Shown here piece by piece: positions 9,853 to 21,993 of a stretch of 64,000 nt of DNA (positions within the stretch are counted from its first letter, which is position 1; each line of letters opens with the position of its first letter). The DNA comes from Cyanophora paradoxa CCMP329 (Eukaryota; Plantae; Glaucophyta), in NCBI GenBank assembly GCA_004431415.1, contig QPMI01000455.1, positions 19,510 through 83,509 on the forward strand, written 5' to 3'. The position numbers and the translations under genes were made by a program. The notes under the pieces were generated by a model, which was not told where the DNA came from, ran no database searches, and worked only from the letters and a program-made list of their open reading frames with translations.

Positions 9853-11223
9853 CTATAAATTAATTCTGCGTAAACCATCTTTGTCCAAAATTATATAGGA
9901 ATGCATGAGAGCGCGAACATTAACATCGATTACCTTATCTGAAGGCATGTAGAGGGTGAGGAAGGAAGAAGAGGAATTTGTTAAATCAACATAACCAGAC
10001 TGGGCAATATTTCGAATCGCCTTCTCTCCATCAATGCAGAAACTTAAACCTGAAAGGACATATTTATCTGCGACCTTATCCATGTTAGAGCATTTGAAGG
10101 CATCAGCAATTAGCTCAGCACCTTTGAGTAGGGAAATTGGCTCAGTGGCAAAAAGTCGCTGTCCATTAATTTCAACAGTGAAAGTAATATCTTTGGAGTT
10201 AGCATAGGTCTTAAGAACACTGTGGGAGCCATTGGATTTGTCAACAGTTTCATGATCACGAACTGAAACAAGCAGAGCATATACAAGACCTGAGATTTGA
10301 GAGAGGTTAATTCGATTGGGTTGGGCATTGCCCTTGGCAGGGAAAGCACTAGCATCTACAAATCCAATATCAAGGGAGGGAATAGCCATGCCAGTTGTCT
10401 TAACCTTTTCAATGACAGTAGCGAAAAGCTCATCAGAAACATTAATAGCATGCATGTAAAGGCGAGGAGAAGTAATAGAAATAACAGGAGTTGTTGCACC
10501 AAGACTGAAAGTTGTGATATTTTGACCAACATGGGCGAGTGTGGCATTAGCAGTATCACCAAGACCATCATCTTCTGTCTTATCAGCAACTGTCCCACCA
10601 ACAACAGGGAGAGAGCGACCACCATAGGAAGTTTCAACATAACCCTTTCCAGCATCCTTAAACCAAACAGTAACAACCATTTCACCAGATAAAGCACCAA
10701 GGGGAAGGTAGTGATTTAGCCAAGGCACAGGGATTTCAACAAAGAATGAGCCACCAAGGCGGTTGGTTCCATGAGCAGGGATGCCATGAACCATGCCCAT
10801 TGATCGCTTCTTTTTAGCTAGTTGATCCTCCGAATAATAGACCAGGGGGAAATGAGCAAGGAAATCAGATGGAATATGGTAGGTGTAAGATCCATAGGTA
10901 ATTTCAAGTCGCTGAACTAAAGCACCAACTGGGCGAGTGTATCCATTGCGAACTAGGTCAGTATCACCAGCAAACGTGATGGCTGGAAGGTCGAAAGCAA
11001 GTTCGAGTTTTCCACAGAAATTGTAGCGAGGTAGCTTGAAGGAAATGCGATTTCCAACATTATTCTCAAAAGTATTGCTGGGATTCACAACAACTAGAAC
11101 TGGCTTAGATTTGGATTCGAGACCAAGCATAAGGGAGTTATCCAGGAAAAAGGCTTTCGCCTCTTCTGGGGTTGTTAGGGCTTCTTTCAGCGAAAGTCTT
11201 TGAAGCGTGGAAGTGATATCCAT
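9853..11223 (-). CDS. Probable double jelly-roll major capsid protein
   Basis: ~456 aa from ATG 11223, beta-rich, ISFKLPR..LELAFDLP..LVQRLEITYG pattern, located between ATPase and penton-like gene. Confidence 0.75.
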   Translation of the reverse strand: MDITSTLQRLSLKEALTTPEEAKAFFLDNSLMLGLESKSKPVLVVVNPSNTFENNVGNRISFKLPRYNFCGKLELAFDLPAITFAGDTDLVRNGYTRPVGALVQRLEITYGSYTYHIPSDFLAHFPLVYYSEDQLAKKKRSMGMVHGIPAHGTNRLGGSFFVEIPVPWLNHYLPLGALSGEMVVTVWFKDAGKGYVETSYGGRSLPVVGGTVADKTEDDGLGDTANATLAHVGQNITTFSLGATTPVISITSPRLYMHAINVSDELFATVIEKVKTTGMAIPSLDIGFVDASAFPAKGNAQPNRINLSQISGLVYALLVSVRDHETVDKSNGSHSVLKTYANSKDITFTVEINGQRLFATEPISLLKGAELIADAFKCSNMDKVADKYVLSGLSFCIDGEKAIRNIAQSGYVDLTNSSSSFLTLYMPSDKVIDVNVRALMHSYIILDKDGLRRINL

Positions 11224-11276
11224 TATATTCTCTTTTATTATACTGCAACATAAAAAATCTACCAATGATCCTTAAT

Positions 11277-12286
11277 TTATGCGAAGTTTGTAATAACTGG
11301 ATAGGAAGGGTGAAGCTGTGACATTCGCATCTTGAAGTATTCATAAACTGGGTCCCCAGCTGGCTCATCACCATAGCGAATTTCAAAGGTAAGATGAACA
11401 GGTTGACCCTCAAAATCAATTGGTTCATTAATAGCATTTACAATATCAACCGAGAAAGTGGATAATCCAACCTTTTTATTATAGTATTTGTAAAGTGGGT
11501 GAGCTTCTGTTGAATTGTAAACAACATGCTCACCATAGTCTTTATCAGGGACCACTATTTTGTGAAAGTAACCAGTCAGAAGACCATCCCCACATTGCAC
11601 CAGATCACCCAGCTCCTTTACTCTCACAAACAAAACACTGTCCCTGGTCTTCTCAGGCTCAAAAGAAGATATAATGCCATTCACGCGACCACCAGTAAAG
11701 ATTCCATCAGTGAGAGCATCATAGACCTGTGATTGGATTGGGGAGTTACCATATCTTCCAGGATCAAGACCCAGCAGTCTAGCTGAACTCAACAGCTTTT
11801 GGATTGTTTGTTGGCTTGGGTTCACAGCTACTGAGAAAGCCAAGTAAAATGGTACTGCTGAGTGGAATATAATTCGTTTCAGTGATTCATCCCATTTGCA
11901 GCGAATGGATGGTTGGGGATTTCTGCCTTCGAATTTAGAGTTAATTACATTCACCAGTTGCTGGTGGCTTTGGATGGGGTGTTTCGACTTATAATGAATT
12001 GTTTCCATTGTTCATAGTCAGCAGCTGGGCGAACTGTTGGAATTCCTGAGCTTCCAGCTCCAGGAGTTTGTTCAGAATAATAAATGCTAAATGCATTGTC
12101 AACTGTCACATCTCCTGCTTTGGTTTCACCACTCACCATAGGGATACTGTTATAAAATTCGGCTGAGACCAGTCTCACAGCCCTCACATTCTCATAACTA
12201 CTGGGGAGTCTAGCCACAAAGCTTGATGTGGGACCATCACCAGAGATTGTATTAAATGAGCTAACCTCGATGTAATCCACAGGCAT
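11277..12286 (-). CDS. Minor capsid (penton-like) protein 1, one frameshift
   Basis: IEVSS..SSFVARLP..NVRAVRLVSAEF at the N-terminus, IDFEGQPVHLTFEI near the C-terminus; intact 336 aa in copy B. Confidence 0.7.
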
Positions 12287-12315
12287 TCTTCTTTTATCTA
12301 TATTTATATATTAAA

Positions 12316-13248
12316 ATGAACCGGCTCGTTAATATTGATAGCAGGGATAGAAGCCAAGGACAAAATGAAAACTCTTACAGGGTCACCCTCACAACTCCAG
12401 TAGAGAGACCAAGGGAATGTAGGGTTCTCTATGCAGAGATTCCAAACAGTATCTATAACAGTGTGGGAACTGATCATCTAACAGTTCAGTTTAATTACCA
12501 AGATGGTTCATATAACCAAGTGATCACACAACAAGTGTATCCCCTTCCCAGTGGCTACATCAATCAGGGTCATTTTGGGGTAACACACCCTTATAATTAT
12601 GGGCTGAACTATTCAAGCTTCCAAACCATTGCAGGCAAAACAGTAGCTTTTGAGTTCAAGATATTCTATAACCCAACTACCTATAAAGTGGAGTTTTACA
12701 GTAACCATGAGTTTCGTTTTATTGCAAGCAACCAGAGAATAGGAAAGCTTTTGGGTGTAAGTTCTACTGAATACACCACTGGGTATTATAGCACTCCTCC
12801 TGTTGGTGGATCTCCCTATCGACCTGAGAACCTTTTAAAGTATGATGGCAAACCTATTACACCTGATCACCCAGCATGGGGAATCACCTTCTCAGGACCC
12901 AGACTCTCCTCTAAGCCCTTGCAATATTATTTTGACAGCAGGAAGATGTCTGATATGAATGCTGAGCAGTATCTGTACATGCATATTAAAGAGCTGTCCC
13001 CCTTTGCCAGCAGACACAATATAATTCCAAAATCGCAACCACAAAACCAGGGAGCTATCCTTAGATTGCAATTGAGTAAAGATATAGGGGGCTATGTTTA
13101 CCATAGTGGTGAACATGCAGAATTTATTCAAATCAATGACAGAAACCTGGTGATAAGGGAACTCACAGTTGAGTTTAAAGATTACTTTGGTGAACTGATT
13201 GATATGAATGGAATCGATAATTCTTTTCAGTTGGAGTTTATCGAATAA
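12316..13248 (+). CDS. Minor capsid (penton-like) protein 2
   Basis: VNIDSRDR..YRVTL..AEIPNS at the start and LTVEFKDYFGELIDMNGIDNSFQLEF at the end, typical single jelly-roll penton pattern. Confidence 0.75.
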   Translation: MNRLVNIDSRDRSQGQNENSYRVTLTTPVERPRECRVLYAEIPNSIYNSVGTDHLTVQFNYQDGSYNQVITQQVYPLPSGYINQGHFGVTHPYNYGLNYSSFQTIAGKTVAFEFKIFYNPTTYKVEFYSNHEFRFIASNQRIGKLLGVSSTEYTTGYYSTPPVGGSPYRPENLLKYDGKPITPDHPAWGITFSGPRLSSKPLQYYFDSRKMSDMNAEQYLYMHIKELSPFASRHNIIPKSQPQNQGAILRLQLSKDIGGYVYHSGEHAEFIQINDRNLVIRELTVEFKDYFGELIDMNGIDNSFQLEFIE

Positions 13249-14792
13249 AGGCACCTGTAAAGTCAACTCTCATTGTGGGAGCATTCACATACACAAGGGG
13301 ATAAATGCGAATATATCTTATTCTCAGAGAATAACCTATGTAAAAAGCATCCTTGATGCTGAGAGGGAACCCACTCAATAGAGCCACATCACCAGAGTTG
13401 TGAGCATTGTTAATGTTCTCACAGACATATATTTTGTTTTGCCCATCTGATCGAATAAAAGACCAGTTGATCCCATCAGTGGATGTTGCCACATTGAAAG
13501 TCTTAATAAAAGCATTGGTGTCCCCTGATCCATAGGCAATCACAGAGGAGAGTTCAAAAGTATATGGAAAAGCAACTTGAAGGTATTCAGTGGGGTTTCC
13601 CATATCTGTTCAGGAGCATAGGCTCCAGCTTCCCAGCCAAATGCTGAAGGTCTAGCCATGAAAGGCTCTTTACCTGTCACAGAGGATGAGGCAGTAAAGG
13701 CATCATCTGCAAGCTGATACCAATTGGCATCCAAAGGAGGTGATGTAGTGAGAGTGGATGAAATGTAAGCCTTTGAAGGGTTCTTTAGTTCATAGTTTGC
13801 TACTAGTAGGCTGCAAAGCTTATTGATCATATCATTGTTTGCTGCAATGTATGTTTCAGTGAATGCAAGCATGTCTGGGATCTTAGATGTGTCATCCAGG
13901 GAGCTTACTATATGATTTGGAAGAGGGACTGATAACCTATAGTATCTCCCATAATCCTGATCATAGTTGTAGGGTAACAACTCCTCCATCTTATCAAGGG
14001 CAGAAAGCTCACTTGCAGCCATGAGCATGTTAATCAATGGGCTTCCATCTGTTGAGGCAATCCATGAGAGAATACCCCAGCTGTTGACAGTCTCATAAGC
14101 ATAACCCACATAATCAGACTCTAAATATGGGTCCACCTCTCCACAAGAGATGCTTATTACTATAATATCATCATCATCACTGTAAATCTTCTTTGCATGG
14201 CTGTAACCACACACACTGGGATTATTGTTTCCCGAAATGGCACCATCAATGAGACAGACATATACTCCCCGATTGAAATCAACAATGCTTACAGGAGAGA
14301 AATATGTAGGAGCAGCAGAAGTAGCCCTAGCAGCAATCTTACAAGGCATAAAGTTGTAATTGTTGTCATTTGTGATAAATATTGGTTTCATATTCTGAGT
14401 ATCAAAGGATGTGATCACAATGTCCTTAAGGGAATCCTGTATTAGTGATTCACCAGTAACTGAATTGATTGCAGTCTCCAAGGGTCCCACATCATACTTT
14501 GTGTTAAATAGGGCATTTTCAATGATATTTCGAGGATTTGCGAAAATCAAGGGCAGTTGAGTTAGGTAAATATTGTGTAAATCGTTTGCTGTCAGTTTAG
14601 GTTCACCTGGTTTATCAGGATGCCTGATGTTTAACCCAATAGCAATGATCCCACCAGTGGAAGTTCCACTCACAAGATCCACAAGATCGATTATTCTCCT
14701 GCCAGTTCGATTTTCGATTTCTTTGAGCAGCCTGGTTATGATAATGCCCCTTGCACCTCCCCTGACAAACTGAGAACTACTTTGAGAGGCAT
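13238..14792 (-). CDS. Patatin-like phospholipase fused to discoidin (F5/8 type C) domain, frameshifted
   Basis: GGGARG, GTSTGG, ATSAAPTYF, DGA; C-terminal EYLQV..STDGINW..RYIRIYP..MRVD; intact 518 aa in copy B. Confidence 0.88.
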
Positions 14793-14835
14793 CTTTTACT
14801 TATCAGGAATTTTATAAATCCATATAGTAAAAGCC

Positions 14836-17800
14836 ATGAGCTTCAATTACCCACCCAATCTAGAAACCATTCAAGATGATAATGCAAGCAGCACCAAGCA
14901 TGTGAACTTTGATAATATTAAAGTAAAGGGTTCAGTTTCAATTGACCACAGCTCTGATAATTCATCAAAGACTCAATCAAGGGAGCATGCTTTATCTGTG
15001 AATCAAACCGATCCAGATAAAGAGGATGTCAGTGTTGCTTTTAGTTTGGGTAATGTGAAAGCAAACCAAGTGGCAGAGATCAAAGCCACCAGAAGGAGAC
15101 CTAGGAAACTGAAAACCAGTGGCACTCACCCAGATATACCTTCCAGGTTCGATAGTGGTCGATTGATTTTCAATGTTCAAGATGAGCAGGGCAAACAGAA
15201 CACAGCTTTACGAATTTACAATGAGGGCAGCACTGCAAAAGCTGAGGTCCCCCAAGTATTGCAAGTGGGTCCCATTGCCAATACAAATCAGGTCTCCTAC
15301 ACAAATGATGTCTACCCCAAGGATATTACATATGACTTTGCAAGAAATGAGCCTTTTGGGTTCTTTACTCCAAAAGATGTCCATCAAAAAAAGCCATCAA
15401 TTACAATCAACAGTAGCCCCAGTCAACCAGTAGCAATCCATTTGCATCCTGATTTAGTCGAAATGGATAGGCACCTTTTGCCTTTGTATAGCAATGTGAA
15501 AGACCTTGGAATTAGAACCAGGCAATGGCGAAATATCCATGGCAGCAATGTGTATGCAAATGGGGAGAAACTTGTGAGTGAGAAAACTCTAAGGGAAATA
15601 ATTGAGCATTATGGTCCCAATGGACCAACAGTTCCATTCCCTATTCCATTTCCAAATGGACCTCCCGATTTAACACCAAAGAAACAGCCTGGAAGAGAAT
15701 ACACAGCAACTGAAGATGTAGCCTTTGGGCAGCATATTGTGAGTTGGGAGCAAGTTCGCAATAAACCTATAATTGAACCCAGAAAGCAAATAGATGAGCA
15801 GTATTTACCTCCTGAAGTCGATATATTAGAGCTTGATGAATATCAATTCGTTCCAGATGAGGAAGAGTATTTACCAGATGGTTTCGACCCACAAGAGTAT
15901 GAATATGATCAATATGACCCCAATGAGGAGGAAATATTACCAGATGGCTTAGACCCACAAGAGTATGAGTATGAGCAGAACTATGAACCCCATGAGGAGT
16001 ATTTAGCAGATGGACATGATCCACCAGCTGTTGATTATGAGCAACCTTATGAACCCCATGAGGAATTACTACCAGATGGATTTCGACCTGAGATCTGGGA
16101 GTTCTTTCCTGATTATGAACAAATTAATAATAAACCTGCAAAGTATCCCCCAGAGGATCACAATCATGATTGGGATGAGATCTTAGGCAAACCTCAAAAG
16201 TATCCACCAGAGGATCACAGGCATGATTGGGGTGAAATTGATGGGATTCCAACTGAGTTCCCACCAAGCAAACATGAACATACTTGGGATGAGATCAATG
16301 AACAACCAGAATTCGCAAAGGTGGAGCCTCTTGATAACTTGGGGGTTTCTCTTTACCAGACTTGTAATATCCCTGAAAGAATCTTTTTGAATGAACACTA
16401 TGTACATGTGAATGGGACACTTGCAAATTCAGCTATGAGAGGACCACTTCATATTAGGACATTACCAGGCTCTTTTGAAACCCCACCACCACCAGGAGCA
16501 ACCATACCAAATATCTTTGTGTCAAGCTACATGGAGGCTGACATTCCCACAGATACATTCAGAGTCCCAACAGACCCAGCAACCTACCAAAATTACAACT
16601 CTGCTATACAGGTTCATGTAGCAGATGTAAGCAGTTTAGATGGCTCAAGACCAATGATAGTTTTCAGTCGAGATAAGTATTCCTACATTCCCATAGTGGG
16701 AACTGCAAATGATAATTATGGAAGGGCAGAGCTTGCATGGATTAAAACAGATTATGGTGGGGTTCTGGAAGCCAATCAGAGGATGGCAGCAAAAAACATA
16801 CACAATGAAAATATTTCGAGAGTGGTCACAGAGGATTATCTAGAAGATCAAGGATATATTGATGAAGGTGAACTCACAAATATTCTTTCTCTTTTTGTGA
16901 TCAAAAATGACACAAACCTTACAGTCACTTCCAATATCTACACCAGTAACCTTTATACAAGTAACATTTTCACAAGTAACCTATGGGCAAGTAACATTTG
17001 GACAAGAAAACTATGGGCAGATGATATTTACACAAGTAATCTTACAGTGTATCGAAATATAACAATTGGAACACAAAATACTATACAAATACTTTATAGA
17101 CCTTACTATGCTGTTACTACTGTCATTGATCCAGCCCCAATTATTCCAAATTGTATATTTGCATGGAAAGCATCAGGTCAACATGGTCAGTTGATATATT
17201 ATCAAGGTCAGATATATAACAGAGTTACTACACAGATACCATATCTAACAAATTATTCGAATTGGGAAACTGTTTATTATTATTTGAATGCAACCCTAAA
17301 CAATCAAATTTCGATTGGGAAAGAATTAAACATGGCTTATAGGAATAGTGTTTCAATAGATTGGTCATTAGGTCTTACATTATTCTTTATAGGTAGGATC
17401 AATACAACAAACCCTTCTTATATGTTGAGTATAAGGGATAGTTCTTATCAAAATTGGATTGGATATGGTTGTAAAAATCAAAAGTTTGGTGTTTCACTAC
17501 AAATTCAAAACGATATAGAAAATGCAACTCCTCCATTATTCGATGCATCATATATTGTTAATTCGTGGAATTATTGGGATTTCACTGTTTCCTCAGAGCA
17601 AATTGTCGTAGGAATGGGTGGTATTGATATTGGAACATCATCGGGTGATTTTCTTCCACCTTCTAATTTTGCATCATTTGGTTCTTCTGTTGCTAATGGA
17701 GATCTTGCCGAAATTATCGTTTTCAATCGTGCGTTATCTATTGAAGAAAAGAACGCGGTTAGATATTATATACAATTATTGTATGGATTTCCAAATACGC

Positions 17801-20777
17801 AGCCCATATTGAATAATGAAGATCTTAAAATTAATTCGAGCAATATATTTATTGAAAATCTCACAGTTACCAAAAATGCAACTCTACCACATCATCCAAC
17901 ATCGAATGTTGTTTTAGATTGGTTAGCAAAACAAAAACACACAAAAGCAGATATTACGGATTTCGCCCATACTCACACAAAAGATCAAATCACAGATTTC
18001 GCCCATACACACACCAAAGATCAAATAACAGATTTCGCACATACTCACACAAAAGATCAAATAACAGATTTCGCACATACTCACACAAAAGATCAAATAA
18101 CAGATTTCGCACATACTCACACAAAAGATCAAATAACAGATTTCGCCCATACTCATTTATGGGAGCATATCACAAATCCTCCGTTAACCTTCCCACCTGA
18201 TTCACACACTCATGATTATTCAGAGATTACAAATAGCAACCACAGGCACCCATGGAGCGAAATAGATCAACAGCCAGTATTTGCACAATTGAATGCGATT
18301 GGAAATGTTTTCAATGGAGTCACACTTTACCAATCCAGTAATACACCTGAAAGGTTATATTTGAATGATCATTATGTCAGTCTTAATGGGACTTTTACAG
18401 GTGAAACAGGCACACCGATGGTGGGAACTCTTGCAGTAAGATTACCCAGGGATCCAATCGTAAATGGAGTGTATAGTGGCGATTTCAATGTAGGAGTAAA
18501 CGATACTTTCCCCAGTATCTATGTTACGAATTATCACCCAGGAGAAATAGGACAAGTAGCGGATTTTTCAGCAGCTATTCAAATTAACGTAACAGATCAA
18601 AGCGCATATGATGGAGCAAGACCTAAAATAGTATTCACAAGGGAGAAAGTTGTAAACTACCTTCCTGTAGCAGGACAACCCACAGATGATCATGGGAAAT
18701 GTGAGATTGCATGGATAAAAACGACATCAGGTGGCGCCTTAGAAGTCAATCAGAGGATGGCAGCAAAAAACTTACACAATACAACCCTTTCCGGTGTTGT
18801 TACAGATGATTACCTAACCAATAAAGGGTATCTTACAACAGCAGATTTAAGCAGCTATGTAACAGAAAGTGAATTGGGAACGACTCTAAATAATTATACA
18901 ACAGATGCAGAGTTAACAGCAGCTCTAGGAAATTATTTACCTCTTACAGGTGGGACAGTTAATGGAACTGTAAACGCTACTAGTCTACAAATTGGTGGAA
19001 ACACAATTCCAAAAGGATATGATTTCGATCAATTAGATGTAGTATCAACAGATAGAAGCGCAAATAATTGGAATTTGAATTGGTCACCAAGAACAGGACA
19101 AACAGGATGTTATACAACACCACAAAATGATGAAGATTGTAGCGGTTGTTTTATGAGGTGGACTGTCCCCACAGGTATGAAATCATTTTATATTCAGCAT
19201 ATGCCTTGGTATAATGGCAGATATTTTGATATCTATGGTCAGACTCTCAATAACAATCAGCATTTCTTAAAACGTGTAAACGATTATCAAGGAATACAGT
19301 CAGTAAATCATGATGGGACAAATAATACTATCTTGTTTGTATCAATTAATTGCGAGTTTTACAAGTATATTTATGTTCAAGGTCGAAAAGGTCGCATTCA
19401 TCTCACAGGAGTTTTTGGTTGGAGTAGGCAGAGGGCAACAGATAATGATGTTGGTATGATCTCTTGGGATAATATTTACAGTCGCCCCGCATTAATTACA
19501 GCCGCAGACCTCCCAGGAACGGCAACATGGGCAACAAATACATGGTTAAAATCAACCGACACTGTTCCGCGAATTTGGTTTGGAAATGGTGATTGCACAT
19601 ATATTCGAGGTTATGGAAATGGTGATGGTGTTTCAATTGAATTCAGAGACTCAGCAGATGGAGCAATATTAAAGTCTTATAACAATGGTAACTTTTGGGT
19701 GAAAAACACTATTACAGCACCCACTATTAATGCTACTACCAAACTCCAAATAAATGGTAATGATGTCCCAAAGTTTCACACATCGGATTCATCAAAAGGA
19801 GGAATTGAATTTAATAGATGTTCTTATAACGATTGGACATGGGCGTGGAGTGCAGCATGGGATCCATATTATAATTATGGTTCATATGTTTATAATAATC
19901 AAACGGATGATCAAACTTCAACCGCTTGGATAGACTTCGATATTCCAGAAGGATATCTCAAAGGAACAGCGTTTTTAACTTATCTACCTTGGACTAACTC
20001 ACGAATTTTTGAAATTTGGGGAGTGAATCGACAAGGAAATGAAGTTTTTATTACATCAGTGAATAGTTATCATCCTTATTCTACATCTCCGGATGGTAAC
20101 CACAGTGGTTTAAATAATGTTCCTATACATCTTGGTAATCGATTTCTCACAATTCGAATTAGACCAAAGATTGGAAGAGTTCATATTATGGGTATAAGTT
20201 ACATGAAAATTTGGGTTGGACATAGTTATGGTGGTCACACCGGCTATATTCATTGGAATAATGTTTATAGTAAACCAAATATCTTAACAGGAACTGTGGG
20301 GACTTGGTTTAATTCCAGTGATGGATACCATCGTATTCATTTCGGAAATAACACCTCTACATACCTGAAAGGAAGGGGAAATTATCCAATTGTATTTCGA
20401 AATGAATTAGATTCTGATGTTTGTTGGATTGATCATGACGGGCGGATGTGGATAAACAATTATTTAACACAAGGAAGTGACATAAGATACAAAACAGATA
20501 TTAAAAAGATAACCGGCGCTCTCAAAGCTGTTGAGAAATTAGAGGGAGTGAGTTTTAAACGAATTGGAAGTGAAAAAGATGGAGTTAAATTAGGTTTAAT
20601 TGCACAAGATGTTCGAAAGGTAATACCAGAGGTAGTTAATGTTAAAAAGACGATGGCTACCTATCTCTTGAATACACAGGTTTAATTCCAGTTCTCATTG
20701 AAGCTGTGAAGGAGTTGTCCCAAAAATGCAAAGATCTACAGGATCAAATAGACCAAATTAAAAATGTCAAAGTATAA
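14836..20777 (+). CDS. Large fibre/spike protein with HxH repeats, LamG-like domain and C-terminal peptidase S74 chaperone
   Basis: SDIRYKTDIKKI..GLIAQDV..PEVV; frameshift at ~20645 restores LIPVLIEAVKEL; GDLAEIIVFNRALS; YLPLTGGTVNG; HTHTKDQITDFA repeats. Confidence 0.85.
17938..18156 (+). repeat. 36-bp coding tandem repeat (HTHTKDQITDFA x5 plus partial units)
   Basis: Directly visible tandem repeats. Confidence 0.95.
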
Positions 20778-20780
20778 TAA

Positions 20781-21086
20781 ATGGCGACCTATCCTCTTGG
20801 TGGAACCACCTATTCTACTGAGCCTGTTGCGCTTTCTTTTGATACAATCACCCTTGTAAACGCATTACAAACAGTTGAAAAAACGATTCAGCAAACTAAC
20901 AAGCTCTCACCAGTTGTCAATGAGTATAAAAACCTCTTGGTTAATGTCCTTGCTCAAGCTGCATATGGTGACCCTGTTGCTAAATACACTGAGTGTGATA
21001 ACAACATTAAAGCAATGACATCCAACCTGCAAGTTCTTTCAACTGTTTACCAATCCCTTGGATCGAATTTAATCACTTTGGCTTGA
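20781..21086 (+). CDS. Hypothetical 101-aa helical protein
   Basis: Conserved in copy B (40355-40660). Confidence 0.75.
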   Translation: MATYPLGGTTYSTEPVALSFDTITLVNALQTVEKTIQQTNKLSPVVNEYKNLLVNVLAQAAYGDPVAKYTECDNNIKAMTSNLQVLSTVYQSLGSNLITLA

Positions 21087-21125
21087 TTGCAGTTTATTTT
21101 TCTTTCCTTCTTAGTAAAAGAAGCA

Positions 21126-21970
21126 ATGGGTGAATATAATCGAGTTCAACTGCCTATATATTCCTTGGATCCCCTGCAATGCATTTTCGCCAGCATGAAG
21201 TAAATGATGAGGTTCGTGGTTTAGAATCCACAGAGAGACCCAATTCCAATGGCAACTCCTTTGATAAAAATTCGATTATTCGAGTTAAAGAGCTGAGAGC
21301 TGATAAGAATTCTGGTGTGGTTAAAACAACTCGACTTCTTGTCACAAATGCTAACTTTTTCCAGCCTACCAATGGAGGTCCTGATGCTTACAGTGTTGAT
21401 CTGAAAGCCCTTGATTTCGATAAGAATTCTGCTGCTGTTACTGTGAGATCAGGAGGAGCATTTATTGGGGGTGGTTGCAGAGTGTCAGGTCAACTCTCAT
21501 CCTCCATTTCGTATAATGATGTCCCAGATACTCTAGAGCAAAATGTGGAAGACCCCCAACGAATTCGATTATATACTCCTGTCGCACAGCAGCCATTAAT
21601 TCAATTTTACATTGGATATACTGTTACTCTTGAAAACTCGGAATTAATTGAAGGAACCAAAAGAGTACTGAGAGGTCTTGCGATTCCATCTGCAATGCTT
21701 TCCCTTTGTAGAGCCAACAACAATCAAGTAGGTCATAAATACTATTTCAATGTTCAGGGATATAATCATTTCGGTTATGGCTACTGTGTTTATAATAATA
21801 ATTTCACCTTTGACTTGTTTGTTACAGATATTGGGTTATATACTATAACTCTTATCGGTTTGAGAACAGATATAGCCGCTGTATCAGCTCTTAGAGGTGT
21901 AACTCCTGATACTCTTTCAGTTACAGGGTTTTACATGGAGCCAGATGTAATTGATGACCCAACCCCATAA
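21126..21970 (+). CDS. Short fibre/spike-like paralogue 1
   Basis: ATG 21126 with frameshift near 21162 (intact 284 aa in B); shares ELR.DKN.G.VKTT.LLVTNANF and SGGA.IG.G.RV with the next ORF. Confidence 0.65.
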
Positions 21971-21993
21971 AAGATATATCCCTTTAATGTAAA

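Noticed and set aside
17938-18156. CRISPR-like array (36-bp period)
   Set aside because: No spacers; it is an in-frame coding tandem repeat. No cas genes are present.
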